From Camelus dromedarius (lineage: Eukaryota): a stretch of DNA of 64,000 nucleotides. The number at the start of each line of letters is the position of its first letter. Positions within the stretch are counted from its first letter, which is position 1. Positions 40,410 through 53,900 of this stretch are shown one piece after another. The notes under the pieces were generated by a model. The model had not been told where the DNA came from and did not search any database. It was given only the letters and a program-made list of their open reading frames with translations. The stretch is from assembly GCF_036321535.1 (NCBI RefSeq), contig NC_087436.1, forward strand, positions 58,034,001 to 58,098,000, written 5' to 3'. Made by a program: the position numbers and the translations under genes.

Positions 40410-41925
40410 GAAACTTTGCATGAGCTACTGTGAAGGTGATACTTGGTGAGAAAGTAATATTTTAAGAAGATACAAGAATAAACCATTTCAGGATTTGACT
40501 TAAGAGATATCCAAGCAGAGAAAAAAAGCAATCGCAAATGAGCCTAATGAGAATATGCTAAGAAACTATAAATAAGCAGGACCAGTGTGGCTAGAATAGG
40601 TGATGTAAATGGAGAGTTGTAGGGACGAGGTTGAAGAGCTAATTAGTGCCTCTTTTTCTGTGTCTATGGATTTACCTAATGTGGATATTTCATACAAAGA
40701 GAATCATAAAACACGTGGCCTTTTGTGACTGGTGTACTTCACTTGGCATGATGTTTTCAAGAATAATTTATGTTGCTACGTGAATCAGCACTTCATTTTT
40801 TAATGATTGAATAATATTCCATTGTATGTATATACCATGATGTGTTTGTCATTCATCAGTTGGTGGATCAGTTGCTTCCATTTTTGCTTACTGTGAATCC
40901 TGCAACTATGAATATGCATGTACACCTATTCTAATACCTGTTTTCAATTCTGTTGAGTTTCTTTTTACCTGAATGCAATGAGAAGGTATTTGAGGGTTTT
41001 GAGAAAAGAGGTATGAACTGATTTACATTTTGAAAAGTTCATGTTTTCTGCTGGTAAAAAGACAAAAGATAGGAAGCAGGGAGATAGGGGTATTGGAGTA
41101 ATCTAAGTGAAATATCACAGGGACCTGTACTAGGACAGTAGCAGGAATCATGGTGAAAAGAGAGAGAGAATTAGACAAATATTTTGAAGGTGGCACCAGC
41201 AGCATTTACTGATTCAGTGAGGGAGAATATAAGAGAAATTAACTTTCAGAATAACCCTTAAGCTTATGGATTAAGCATTTGGATAAATGAGATGTGGTTT
41301 ACTGAGGCTAAAAATTTTTTTTTAAGTAGGAAAGGAACAGATTTGTAGAGAAAAACCAACAATTCTTGTTTTGGAAACATCAAGTTTGGAATTCTTGTTT
41401 AGACAGTCCTTTGGAAATGGACAACAAATAAGTCAGTCTGGAGCACAACACTGTGGTAAATTGGGAAAATTTGACCAATTTGTAAAAATACAAATATGGA
41501 GGCTATGGAATAGATGGAATCACATGCACTTAACGCCGAGAACAGACAAAGTCCTCAAGACTAAACAGTGGGCCACTAGACCATTTAGAGTTCTGGAAGA
41601 GATACAGGTGAAAGAGCCTTGAGGTATGCAGAAAAAAGAAAGAAACTAAAGTTGGGAGCAAAGTAAAAAAAAAAAAAAAACTTTCAAAACTGAGTAACAA
41701 GTTGGCTGGGTAAAATTATAATGTAATATGGGGATAAGAACTGACTACTGAATTGTCACAATGGAAATTATTAGCAACCATGGTAAGAGACACTTCAGTG
41801 GACAGGAGTAGGTTGAAAAAGAAAGGAAATGGAGGAGTAGAGAGTATAAGTTTGGACAGCTTATTTGGGAGTTTTACTCTGAAGGGGAGAGGATGGAAGG
41901 GCTGTCCCTGGAGGGGCGCATCGTA
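40410..41925 (-). mobile_element. L2 LINE fragment interrupted by an L1MB
   Basis: Antisense L2 pattern on both sides of the L1 insert. Confidence 0.7.
40650..40965 (-). mobile_element. L1MB-type fragment nested in L2
   Basis: tctatggatttacct...ggatatttcat...gaataatattccattgtatg. Confidence 0.8.
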
Positions 41926-41929
41926 TTTA

Positions 41930-42294
41930 GAGGTAAGTGTGTTATGTGCAATATAAGAGGCAGTACAGCATGTTTGCCTCCATTGTGAAGTAGGACATAG
42001 AAAAGAAGAACTGTAGGCTTCATGACTGTGTGCACATTCACACATTTGCTTTTGAGGGCAGAACTGCAGAAGCAGTGTGCATATGAGATCACATAGTGGC
42101 CTTAAGTAAGCATGGAGACAGTTCAAGCTCTGCCTTATAGGTTAAACAGAGTGCAGGGTACTCATGCAGCTAGGTTAGTAGTGTCAGTGATGGGGAAATG
42201 AGGCAGGCCTCTACTCACTGCTTCTTTTTCCACACAAAGAATACTGAGGTACTATAGTAGCATTCTTGGGTAGGAATATGGATGCACTGGAGAT
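41930..42294 (-). pseudogene. Pseudo-exon with TIR betaA motif, abutting an L2
   Basis: Strong poly-T acceptor (...ctgaccacag|). YVISYAH at 42095-42075, then ...KPTVLLFY and SQWRQT. Confidence 0.5.
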
Positions 42295-42372
42295 CTGTGG
42301 TCAGAAACGTAATGAAAAAAAAAAAAGACTTTTTTGCCATCTGCGAAAGAATGCAAGTGCTTTTTAAAAATA

Positions 42373-42707
42373 CAGGTCTATAATCCTTTATCAGCAAACC
42401 CTGATGTGATAGATATACCTAAAAATTCCAAATATTTGGGGTTTTAGAAAGGCAATATTATGCATATACCATATTTTATATAATACTACCGAGAGGGTCT
42501 GTAGCAGCACCCCCAAGTCAAGCTCATTCATATTTCTGTAGCAAAGATATCAATAGCTACAAATATATATGATAAAAAACATAAAAACAAAAAAAAAATT
42601 TCCCACATCATTCTCACTTAGTTTTGATTCCAAATGAGTTAAGAAGTATCTTTTAGTTGTTAGAGCTTTTCAGATTTCACAATTGTAAATAAAGGCCTCT
42701 GGATATT
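42373..42707 (-). mobile_element. MER46C-like Tigger MITE
   Basis: ta|caggtctataatcctttatc terminus and internal gggtctgtagcagcaccccc. Confidence 0.7.
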
Positions 42708-43299
42708 TCATGTATAGTATTTCCTTCGTTCACTAGTTGCTGAAGCTGTTAATTGAGGCTCCAAGTATAAAAATGTCTATGATTAAAAAAAGTTATGGAA
42801 ATATCACATACCAAATTACCTTACTGATGTATATTACCATAAGTGCTCTCAGAGGACACAGCTATTTATCTTTAACTCTTAAAGAAATTTTTTCCCAAGT
42901 TTTTCCCCCCCAGCACCACTATTACCATGTCCAGCTTTATTTTTCCATACATTAAGGTTGAAGAGCATGGCGAAGATTGCTCAAAATAGTGAGAAGAGAT
43001 TAGAAAACGAACAATTTCACAAATGTATGCAAGTTTTTCCCAGATAAAAAGTTCAGTAATTTTGGGACCATAGCCATGGAGATTAATCATGTTTTATTTA
43101 TTCCTTAATTTAGACAGAAGTAGGCAAAAAAGAGAAATAAGTGGGACCAACTGTGCTAGACTGCTATACAGTTATATAATACCATACTACATTAAAGAAA
43201 ATCTAAAGGTTCAGATGACTACAACTCTCTGAACAAATGGCTGAAAACAGTAATGAATCAATTAAGCAATTCACAAGCTTTACTCAAAAGAATTATCTT

Positions 43300-43435
43300 T
43301 TTCTTTAAACTGAAGTATAGTTGGTTTATAACATGTTAATATCTGGTATACAGCATAGTGATTCAGTTGTATATGTATATATATTTCTTTTCATATTCTT
43401 TTTCAGTATTGGCTATTACAAGATACAGAACATCC
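43300..43435 (-). mobile_element. L1 3' end fragment
   Basis: tgaagtatagttggtttataac...tacagcatagtgattcagtt. Confidence 0.75.
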
Positions 43436-43521
43436 TGTAAAGTCTCTACTTCAGTTGAGCATCATAACAATGAATAAAAGTATACAATAAATAATACTAA
43501 TGACTGGTGATTTGCATCTTT

Positions 43522-43662
43522 TTGATAGGCTGAATAATTTCCCCCAAAGATATCTAGGTTCTATTTCTTGAAATCTATGAATGTTATCTTATATGGCAAA
43601 AAGGACTTTATAAATGTGATTAAGTTAAGCTGCTTGAAATGGAGAGATTAACCTGAATTATC
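43522..43662 (+). mobile_element. MLT1C/D LTR 5' fragment
   Basis: tgataggctgaataat...atggcaaaaaggacttt...gtgattaagttaag. Confidence 0.75.
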
Positions 43663-46437
43663 TCCATCTGCTTAAAGGGATATTTTCTCTTCTGACCATT
43701 TAATCTTAGCAAATGGAAAAAAAAAAAAAAAGGCTATTTTCTGATTTCAAGGAATTTATGACCCCAATAAGAGTTAGCCCTGCAAATATTTAGTGTCAGT
43801 GATAGTTAAAACAAACAGAGAAATCATAGCTGGAATGAAATCATTGATCCCCATCAACTATGTTAATATCAATTTTTAGAGGGCTATTGTACACAAGGTC
43901 TTTGTCTCTAAATAATTCAGTACAGCAAGTTTTGATTAAATCACTATGAAACACCATGGTTAACCTTAATTTGGCCTGCTGGAATAAAAATAAATTTTCT
44001 GGTTTTTTGGTATACTAAAAAAATTTTCCTTAAAATGTTCAACAATGAGATTACCTTCTTGGATTAGGTATTATTTTTCACATATACTAGAAACTATTAT
44101 TCTAAAACTATCATAATTTCCATTGGTGGCAGGGTTCAAGAAAAGAGTCAGTCTTCTACACTGTGTATTGAAAATTGCTAAGACTGTGTAAAATACAATT
44201 TGGCAGTACCGAATATATCAAGTTAAGTTATCCATCTCGCTTAATTTTACTTCCTAAAAACTATGCTAAAGAATTAATTACATACTTGCACAAAAACATG
44301 TGTGCAAAGATTTTCAAATGAGCACTATTTGAAAAATGGAAAAAATTAGAAACACTCTAATAATAATTGCCCCAGTGTCTACCATTAATATTTCTATGAT
44401 CTAATGGGTGAAATTATGAATTTGGGAATGAATAAGTTTAAAGACAGGTTCTACCATTCACTATCCATGTAAATTTACTGATGTAGCATGCAGTTAAACA
44501 TGGTAGATTCTCAGAGTTTTCTCCTCTATCCTTTAGTATGACTCATTCATTTGGAGACTTGATGTTCTTATACAAATACTTTAAATGCTTAATAAATATA
44601 GTTTTCAAAGTACCAATTAAATACAGGAACATTTTAATGTTTCTGTGCAATTTCAACAACTAACATGTTCACTATTATGCAAAGGCATTTAATATCCTAT
44701 TTATTCTTTTAAATGTTACATTCTAGCAGACAGTGCAACTCTGATTCCTGTATGATAATTAAATTTATGTATTAATCCAGTCTAAATTTTTTTAGCTCTA
44801 TTGCATTCTTTGGTTCCCCTCCACTTGCTGCTCTATCACATGCTTGTCCTATCAATTGTTAATGAGAAAGTAGAACTTGTGTTAGAATGAGGCTTACTGT
44901 GGTTTTATTTTATTTAAAGAAAAAGCAATTAATACACTTGTACATTTACCCATAAAATTTTTCCTAATATAACTTTTGACCTGGCCTCACATTCTCATGA
45001 CTGATTTTAAATTAAAGTGTATGTTGAATACAGAGGCAAAAATCTGTAATAGTTATGTGGTATTAAACGTATACTTGCTAGCATAACATTACTAAACCAG
45101 AACAAATATGTTTTCATCATGTGCTAAGTGTTTAATTATTAGTAAAACTATTTTAGTCTTCCATTTTCAAATTTAACTGAATATTTAACTGATGAAAATT
45201 AAAAACCAGTTGGTATATTTATTATGGTTTAATGAACTATGAAACAAATATATATATAGGAGATTATTATAGGTAAATTGCTAATAAATCTAAATATTAA
45301 ATTTTATCTATAGTATAGTTAAAAGTTTATTCTTCTGTGCTAAAAGAACTGTGTTAAAGAACATCTGAATAATTAATTTTTTTTCTAAGTTACTAAGCTA
45401 CTTTAAGCCATAGGGTAATACCTGTATTTGATCACATCAGAGCTAATTAGACTACATTTTTTTTTTTTTAAGTTAGAGTCTTCTCTCTCCTGGGAAATGA
45501 AAGTTCTATCAGAATACTCATTCTACAGCTCAACTCATAGTATTAAATAACTCTCAACCAAGTTTTAAACTACTTGAAAATCTGGTATCAGATTTCTTTT
45601 AAAAAAAGAGTTCTTATGTGAAGATGGATTCAAGACCTTTACTAACAAACCCTCCAGTCACAAAGGAAACAAGTTACTATTCTCACTCATCTGTGTATCA
45701 TTTCCTAAAGTAAAGAGTCTCTAAACTTACTAGAGTTATTAACCACTCTAACTTTGAGAATTTTTATAATACAACTACCTGTTAAAATCCCAAATAGAAA
45801 TCCATATTGAGAGCCCTAAAAAGATAACGATTTTGGGTTCCAATAGGAGTCTAATAAGATTATTACATTTAACTAAAACTCTCATATGGCAATGTAAGCA
45901 TATTTACTTTTATTGTCCTTTAGAGTTATAATTCAGAAAACCTGAGCGAATACTGTTTGAACAATAAAATATAAGAAAACTATTCCAGATTAATAAATTC
46001 AGTTTTTAGCTGAGAAAAATAAATGGAAATATAAAGTGTTTAAAGATTTTTGGAGAACAACTCAGTGGCATGTATCAGAGACCTAACAAGCTTATACTCT
46101 TCACCTCAGCAATTCTGTATCTTATGACTCTATCTTGAATATATTATCATAAACATCAAAAAGGTTTTAATCAGAGATGTTCAAATCAGTATTGTCTACA
46201 ATAGCAAAACTGAGAAATGATTCAAAGTTTAAGCTAAAGGAACAGATTTATAAACTTATTTTATATTCATTCTACAGAAGTTTATTGTTATGAAAGCACA
46301 ACTGAAAAATTATGCAGTAACATGAAAAATAATAAATGAAAAGTTGAAGATATGGCAGCTTTAGAATATATCCTATCACTCCCACACTGAACTCAATGTT
46401 ACTTCAGTCTATTGTTACTCACCTCCATCTCTGTAGT

Positions 46438-46537
46438 AGAGTAACCATCCCAGTTTGACAGGGACAGTCAGATTTCCCAGAATATGAGACTTCCATTGAT
46501 AAAGGTAGGAAGGCAAACTGGGATTTTTGGTCACACT
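46438..46537. mobile_element. MER81-like hAT MITE
   Basis: Terminal inverted repeats agagtaacca...tggtcacact and internal cccagtttg/caaactggg. Confidence 0.7.
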
Positions 46538-47095
46538 TCTTTGTAGGAATTTGACAAATGCTTGATAAATTAATTAATAAATGAAGACAATGTTCTAAAC
46601 ATGGTACAATTAAAGTATCACATATGTTTTTATTGCATAGAAATACACATAAATGTAATGTATGCAAACTTTGAAAGAGACTATGCAAAAAATAAGGAAG
46701 TCGTTTTTCTTCTTTTTTACTTTTCTATATATTAAATTTTTTTATAATGAGCTTTCATTTCCTATGGGAAAAATACATTAAAAAGACACCAGAATTTTGA
46801 GCAAGCATTAATAACCCAATAAAATAATGACAAGTCAAGTATCTTGTCACAAAAAACATTAGAAATAAAGTCATCAAGCTATGTTGTAATTTTCTAATTA
46901 TCAATTACCATATCTGAGTCTGTGAGTCTGAAAAGTAAATTCTAGGAGGGAAATTTTAAATCTAGACACTGCTCTACCATAAAATGATTGAGTGTGATTA
47001 AAACTTATGTAAAATAATATTTCAGCTATTTTTTTACAAGACATTCATTTTTAATATAAATGCAATGCCATTATTTTCTAAGGCAAGCTCCTAAG

Positions 47096-47404
47096 TTGTT
47101 AGAAGAAAAAGAAATGGGGAGTGAGGGAAATAGAGTTAAAGTATACAAACTTTCAATTATAAGATGAGTAAGATCTGAGGCTCTCATGTTTAACATGTTG
47201 ACTATAGCTGACTGTATTTGCTAAGAGAATGGAACTTAAATGTTCTCACACACACAAATAAAGATGAATGTCTGAAGTGATGGATTTGTTAACTAGATGA
47301 AAGGAAAGCTTTCACACTGTATACATATATCAAATTATTGTGATGTACACTTTAAATATCTTACAATTTTATTTGTCAGTTATACTTCAGTAAGTTGGAA
47401 AAAA
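47096..47404 (+). mobile_element. L1MA-type 3' end
   Basis: tacaaactttcaattataagatgagtaag...gtacactttaaatatcttacaatttt. Confidence 0.8.
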
Positions 47405-47977
47405 TCATCTCATACATTGATTATTAATAATTTTATTCACTGTTGAATATAGGATGCTTTTGACAGTCTAATAAAACCTATGGATGCTCCCCTCTCTCAA
47501 AAATATATATAAATAATTCACTAAATAATTTCAACTTATTTGAACAATGGTACTGAAAATGTACACTAGAAATATGCCAAAGAAAATTAAAATTCTCTCT
47601 TTATCATACATATTTCATACAACACTACAATTAACTGAAACTGTACACATGTAGAAACCTAACTTTCTTAATGCAAGGACCCTCTGGTCCCAATGGTCTC
47701 AATTAAATTTCAAAGCACTCATGCTTTAATTTGAAAAGCAAGGGAAATACAGAAAGAAAAAAAAAAGTTCAGACTTTTTACTTCACTGTGATGCAGGGAA
47801 TATGACTTTTTTTCCCTTATAATGGATGAAAACAGTTCAAAATATAACTAAGTTATATTGTTTGCCAATGAGAGAAAATCAAGGCATGATTGTAATCATA
47901 ACAAACAAATGTTTTTAATGCAATGTATCATTCTAAATAATTGATTTCATTACAGGAAATTAAAAAGTAATTTCAAT

Positions 47978-48338
47978 TGTTGCCCAAATCCCTTAATTTC
48001 AAGGGAGCAAGGGCTGGAATGCTAGGCTAGAGTATGATCTGTCAGCCCAGAGAATCCACCTAACCATAGGGGTTGATTCAGGGGAGTATGTGGTTCAAGT
48101 TGGTCTAATTCTTCAAAGTATATGAACTCAAGGGACAGTAAAGCCACAGCTGCTAGTATCCACCAGGACAAACAAAGGGAGGTCTAGTGATAGGGTTTTA
48201 CAAGTTTTTCCTGGAGTTCATAATATGTGCGCAATAAATAAATTCCTTTATCTTGTCCTTTTGCTGTTTTTTGTTTGTTTTTGGCCAGTGAGAGATAGAT
48301 TTCTTGTTATTTTTCAACAGAAACAGTCTTAACTGCTG
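47978..48338 (+). mobile_element. Old MaLR LTR (MLT1J/K-like)
   Basis: aataaattccttt...tcttgtt...caacagaaacagtcttaactg terminus. Confidence 0.55.
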
Positions 48339-50229
48339 TGCTAATATCACACAACTAGTAAGTGCCTGAAATTTCAATGCAGGTCTTTTGACTCTGGAGC
48401 CTGCAAGATTATTTCAAATCCGTAATTTTATAGGAAAAGAAACTGACAGCCAGAGGGACAAAATAATTTGCTCACTGTTTCCCCAAACCATCAGGCCTGC
48501 ACTAAAGAGGCCTGACCACTGCCTTCATTCTGACAGCTGAGCCACAATTCCTAATCTCTCCAACTTCCTTCAGCAACCTGAGGTTAAAAATGTGCTACAT
48601 ATAACAACTTCTTCCTTAAAGCTGTTTCTCCCCAACAGTATCGGAATAAAATAATACGTGTCTCCTTGCTTTTTATGAGCGAATAATTTACAGTTTTAAG
48701 GATTTCTACACTAGGTTCCTGATCTCACTGGGAAGCGCCCTTCTATCCCCCAACACAAGTAATTTTCTCACAGGATTACACGGGCTTAGGGAGAGCCTCA
48801 GGATCAGGGCCCAGGTCTTTGGACCCCTGTATTTTACTTTTCGACCATGCCAAACTTTCAGCTAACAAATTACAAGCTAATCTTAAACCCCTCTCATTGG
48901 CGGGATAATGCTTCCTAACACAGGAGCTGTTTAGTGCATTGATACATGATGGTTTTGTCGTAATAACTGTTAAATCTAAATGTTGTCACACAACTCCTGC
49001 TGTGACATATAATACATCCCACTATTAAGAGGCATAGTGCCTAAAGAGAATATAGAAATATCATTTCAAAGAGAGAGGATATCGAACACAATGGGGCTAG
49101 TTTGTAATTACCAAGATAGTAGTACATAGCTCAGGTATGATGGATAAGCCTTTTCCAAAGCTTTCAGAATTTTAGCAGCATGGCTCTCCTTTAAACAGTC
49201 ACATCTGTTATAAGATAATTCTCTATAAGATATTATGTAATATCTTACAAAATAAAACCTGTTCACCAACTGTCCACCTGATAAGAATGTGAGAGAAAGG
49301 AACAGAAATGGTCAATTGGAGGAGAATGCATTTGCTGCCAGTCTGACACATAGAGTGATGCATTTAGACTTTCATATTGGCTACAAGACATTAGACCTAC
49401 TCTGACAGGTGCACAAAAGTTGTAATGACTTCTTATAAGTACATTATCATTTCAGACCTTGAAAATACCTCAGAGAAAAGTAATTTACTAGATGGAATCT
49501 GAGTGATCTAGAAGAGTTTGGGACTTTCTGACTTCTCATTCCCCATCTCCAACTTGTGGGATGAGGACCTTTACCTCATCAATCTCCAGACAAGTTGGAG
49601 AACGTACAATGCAGTGTAAATGTAGGCTGCAATGTAAAGTTAACTTGCTTCCACAGGCGCCAGACCCAGACTCAGACTTAAGTTTCACGGCCTCCTATGA
49701 TACTATGACACGATATATTATATGAAAGCAATAAATGAATAAGTCTTTAATAGCAAAAACTGAAGTAATATTAAAGTTTCTTAATGACAAAGTCGTATGT
49801 TACTACATTTTTAATAGGATAAACTTTTTCAAAATAATGACAGTTGTCATTATAGATAACATCAATGGTCAGTGGACCATCAAGTCTTTCAAAACCAAGA
49901 AATGTAACAGATGGGAGAAATGCTTGAATTGTTCACTACCCAGACTCACACACTTTGCATATGCACATAAGAAAGGGGAGAGGTAGAAAAGGGAGAGTAA
50001 TAGAGAGGAAGAGATCCCTCTCCCTATGAGCAAAACTGAGTCAACAGTCTCACATCCATTGATAAATGAGGAATTTGCTGACATTGGGAGGAATAAAAGC
50101 TCTCTGGTCCATAGAGGAGGTTCCCAGACCTAAGTGTTGAGATGCTACCCTTGGCTGCAATTCCCACAAGGAACCTATGGGGAAGGAAAAAGGGCCATTC
50201 CTCCAGGGTCAGTAATGATGGAAAAAAAG

Positions 50230-50368
50230 TTGTCTGCAGCATTTGCTAATTTCTGTGGTGTAAATACTACCACCATGGCCGGCTGTCAGTGTGACGTCAC
50301 GCAAAGAAGAGTCAGGGGAAATGCACTCCTGAGCCTGTGTGAGCCGCTGGCTCCAGCACATGCCGTGC
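50230..50368 (-). mobile_element. MER63-like hAT element fragment
   Basis: gcatttgctaatttctgtggtgtaaatactaccaccatggcc...gtgacgtcac...ggctccagcac. Confidence 0.75.
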
Positions 50369-52810
50369 CACAGCCCATGCAGTGGATTCTCACCTCAGAA
50401 CTTGGCTGCATCCAGGGGATACATCAAAATGGCTTTGTTGGCACCAATGTGAAAGCCTGTGTGCCATTTGGCTTTACAACACAGACTTTAATTAACTTGA
50501 GTTACTAAACAATTGTGGGTCCCACTCCCATACATTACATTTTTTGAAGATCAGATGAAAGATGGCATTTCCAATAAAATATAAGAACTACAAATAATTA
50601 GTTAAAGTATGAAATGTAACTTTCATTCTTCTCAGTTGTTATTATCTAATAATGTCACTGATTTTATGAAGCAAAACGGATTTAAGATCAAAAATCTATT
50701 TATCTTAGCTACATTTTCTTTTGTGATTCATTACTGACCAGATTCCAGTTTGCTTTCTTCTCCTTCTCTTTGTGCATCTACTCTGACTTCCATATTTTAA
50801 ATGCAATTCTGGATTGTTTTCCATAGCCTTTAAACTGCAAAGGATGTATCTTTAACTATCCTCATTGTGTCCTTAGACATTTGGGAGAAGAACAGAGGTT
50901 TCCTTTTACCAGCCCCTGAAGTTACATGTTGATTGGACAATCAAATCAGTTAAACCTTGTGATCTTTACAACTTAAAAGCTTCTTAATAGGGTTATCTTG
51001 GGAAAATTGGAAGTATATCTTGCTTTTGAAACAAGAAAACATACATTTAAATCACAGCATATTCAAATCACAACAAAAATATGATTGCACATTGTTGCAT
51101 GTCTTACAAACTACTTTATATCTAGGATCCAGCACAATGTCTACCTAACCTGTAGTAGATGATCAACAAATATCTGTTAAATAAATGAATTAATCCCATG
51201 TTCTATGGTCATTGCAGCTGTCAAAATTTTTCAGAATAATCACTGAGCTGAAACTCATGAGGAAGCAATGAGGCAATCATTTTCTGAAATGTCTAATCCT
51301 TTCCCAAATTGCCTATATAAAAGTACATTATCATGACTATGCATTATTCAAATTGAAATGGGATATTTGAACAGTATTTTTCTCATACTAGAAAAGCATC
51401 AGGCTGCAGGAGAAACGGGGTCAGAGATGGGGTCCAATGGTAAGTTTAATTTATCCTGGGTAAGAAAAAAGGACATGGACATCACTTCATAATATTAAAA
51501 ATGCACTGCATTCTCAATAGTCAATGTAGTTTTGCAATAGAATCTTACAACAGCTCTGTAAGTTTGTAAGACTAAGAACCAGAGGTAAGTAGGGATGAGC
51601 ATGCATATAAAGGTCACAACTGTAAGATTAAAAAATCAGAATTTACTCAAAAGGTAACTGCACTTCTAGGAAATTATTTGAATTATTTTATACCAATTGT
51701 AATGGTATAAAATAATTTTTTTTTAGATGCAAAATTGAGTAAATACAAAGGTACAAAAAGACGGGAGAAAAATCCACCCATTCTCAAAAAATCTAGCAAA
51801 TCTCTTAAAAAGCCATCTGTTCCAAGCTCCAAGTGCTATAACTCAGTGGCTACGTAAATGCTGCATTTAATTTTTCAACCTGAGCATATTGATTATTTTA
51901 TCTACTATGCTGCAGAGTGAAGCCAGTAGGCCTTACTCTAAAATTAGGTGCAATGGAAAATGACAAGAGTTTTATTACTGCTAGAAGGTACCTAGTGAAG
52001 CTCTGGGAAAAATTACAGATTTCCAAAGCAAAAAAGTCATAAAAATTTATGAGACACAACAAAGAAGAGAAAAGGCACACAGCTGCAGGAAAGGTGACAC
52101 ATTTTGAAAGGGACTCAAATATAAGTTTAATGATCGAGTCTGTGACATTTCATTATTACCTACTGGTAAATATAGGAGAGAGGTAGAAAGCATTTATTGC
52201 TCACTGGATCACAAAAATCATTATTTTGCAGATAAAATCAGAAGCAGTCATGATGAGTAAGCATATATGATCCAAGCTTAAATATAAATTCTGACTATAA
52301 AGATGAGTTTAACTCATGTGCATTAACTACTCCTCATTATACAGAAATCACAAAATATAATTGCAAAATGTGATACTGAAAATGAGAAAAAAAGAGACAG
52401 ATTTCATTTCATGAGTATAATACCACAATGGAAGTAAAATAAAATCCAGTATCATTAAACCATAAAAAATACCATCAGTGTTTAGTTGTTACATACAGTA
52501 ACTCAACATATTTGGGACCCATGTGGCCATAGTAGGACTAATGTATTATTTGTGCATCTAGAAATGATGAGAAAGTGTGGCAAAAGAATCTGAATATGTC
52601 ATGAAGCAATAGTTTCTACCCACTCTCGGAGGTGTCCTTGGAATGTCCTGAATCATTTTGTAATTAACAGATGTACCACTCACAAAAATTATTCAGAAAA
52701 GTTCCGTATTTACTTTAGGAGAGAGGCTCATCTTTGACAAATTATGAAAATGCAAAGATACTTGGTCTGACAGTTAATATAGTTCTTTATGTTGGGTTAT
52801 TTCCTTCTAC

Positions 52811-52978
52811 CTGATATAGTTTTGTACAGGAAAGAAGTCATCGTAGTTGGGCATCTCAGCAGACTCCTCCTTATCCCCGTAAATATGCAGGGAAGGAAAC
52901 AGTACCACTCACCATTGTCAACGTGCCTCCTATTCCCTTCAAGAAGGTTTCGACATAGAATATTGGAAAGTATCATTT
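52811..52978 (-). pseudogene. Pseudo-exon (TIR alphaC/betaD-like)
   Basis: ttgtag| acceptor and CAG|gtagaa donor, 168 nt. One frame is fully open (MILSNILCRN...); others give YFPIFYVE and VVLFPSLHIY...SAEMPNY. Four CpGs retained. Confidence 0.45.
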
Positions 52979-53679
52979 CTACAATTTTAGAAAGACTCCC
53001 CAAAATATAACAGTCTGCTTATCCTCTCATACAAAGTTGTTTGTTTTGTTTTGTTTTTAGGAATGAGATTTAAAATGTCATTTAGGTTTAATTTCTAACT
53101 TTTGGGTATTTGTACTCGGATCTAAATTACTTGCAGGTGCATCTCCCATTTTCCTAATACGTTTCGGTTGTTTTAAATTAAGTTTTTATTTATAAATTAT
53201 CTACAACCTTCGGCAAGCTCTAAATTCCCTTTTAAGAATCTCAGACCCACAAATGTGTAGCAAGTCTAAGAAAAGCATTTCCTCTATTTTATAATTGTTG
53301 TCTACCCTACACTTAGTACATTCTTTAATTTTGTTTACTGCTCATAAATAAAGCCAACCTGAGCAATTAGATCTTTATTCTGTTTACCCTTTGGGTAGTT
53401 AAACAGCATTAATTATTTGCATGGAGATGATTCTCTTAATTTCCATGGTGTGGTTCCGTAAGTTAATGGTATCTAAATTATACCATATTTATTCCAGTTC
53501 TTGATTTCATACTTATTGTCAGTTTGATAGCTTACTGTATGGGTTTGTCTAAGATTCACAAATGCAGAATACAGTAAAGTTTTGACTGTTTTTTTTTACT
53601 AGATAGTTCTGAAAGTCTGTATTTCTGTAAAAAATTTTCTTATCTCTTTAAATACAGTCATTACTATTACAAACTATGA

Positions 53680-53900
53680 TTCTAAGAGCATTGAAAGAGT
53701 CTAAGTTTTAAATTTAGACAACTGGGGTTTCACTTCCACTCTGTGTGACTTGGTCTAATTCCTTAATATTTATGAGTCTCATGTATTTTCAAACTACAAA
53801 AAATAAGACAATACATACTTAAATTTCAAAGTTGTTATCATTAATAGCAAAAATATATAAAATATTCAGCATAATTCCTGGCACAGAATAGATAATCAAT
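53680..53900 (+). mobile_element. MIR (further fragments at ~58450-58590 and ~62000-62170)
   Basis: ctgtgtgacttgg...ccttaat...cctggcacaga. Confidence 0.55.

Noticed and set aside
52831..52947. Plus-strand exon ERSHRSWASQQTPPYPRKYAGKETVPLTIVNVPPIPFKK
   Set aside because: Weak donor (gtttcg), no recognised protein and no supporting plus-strand exon series.
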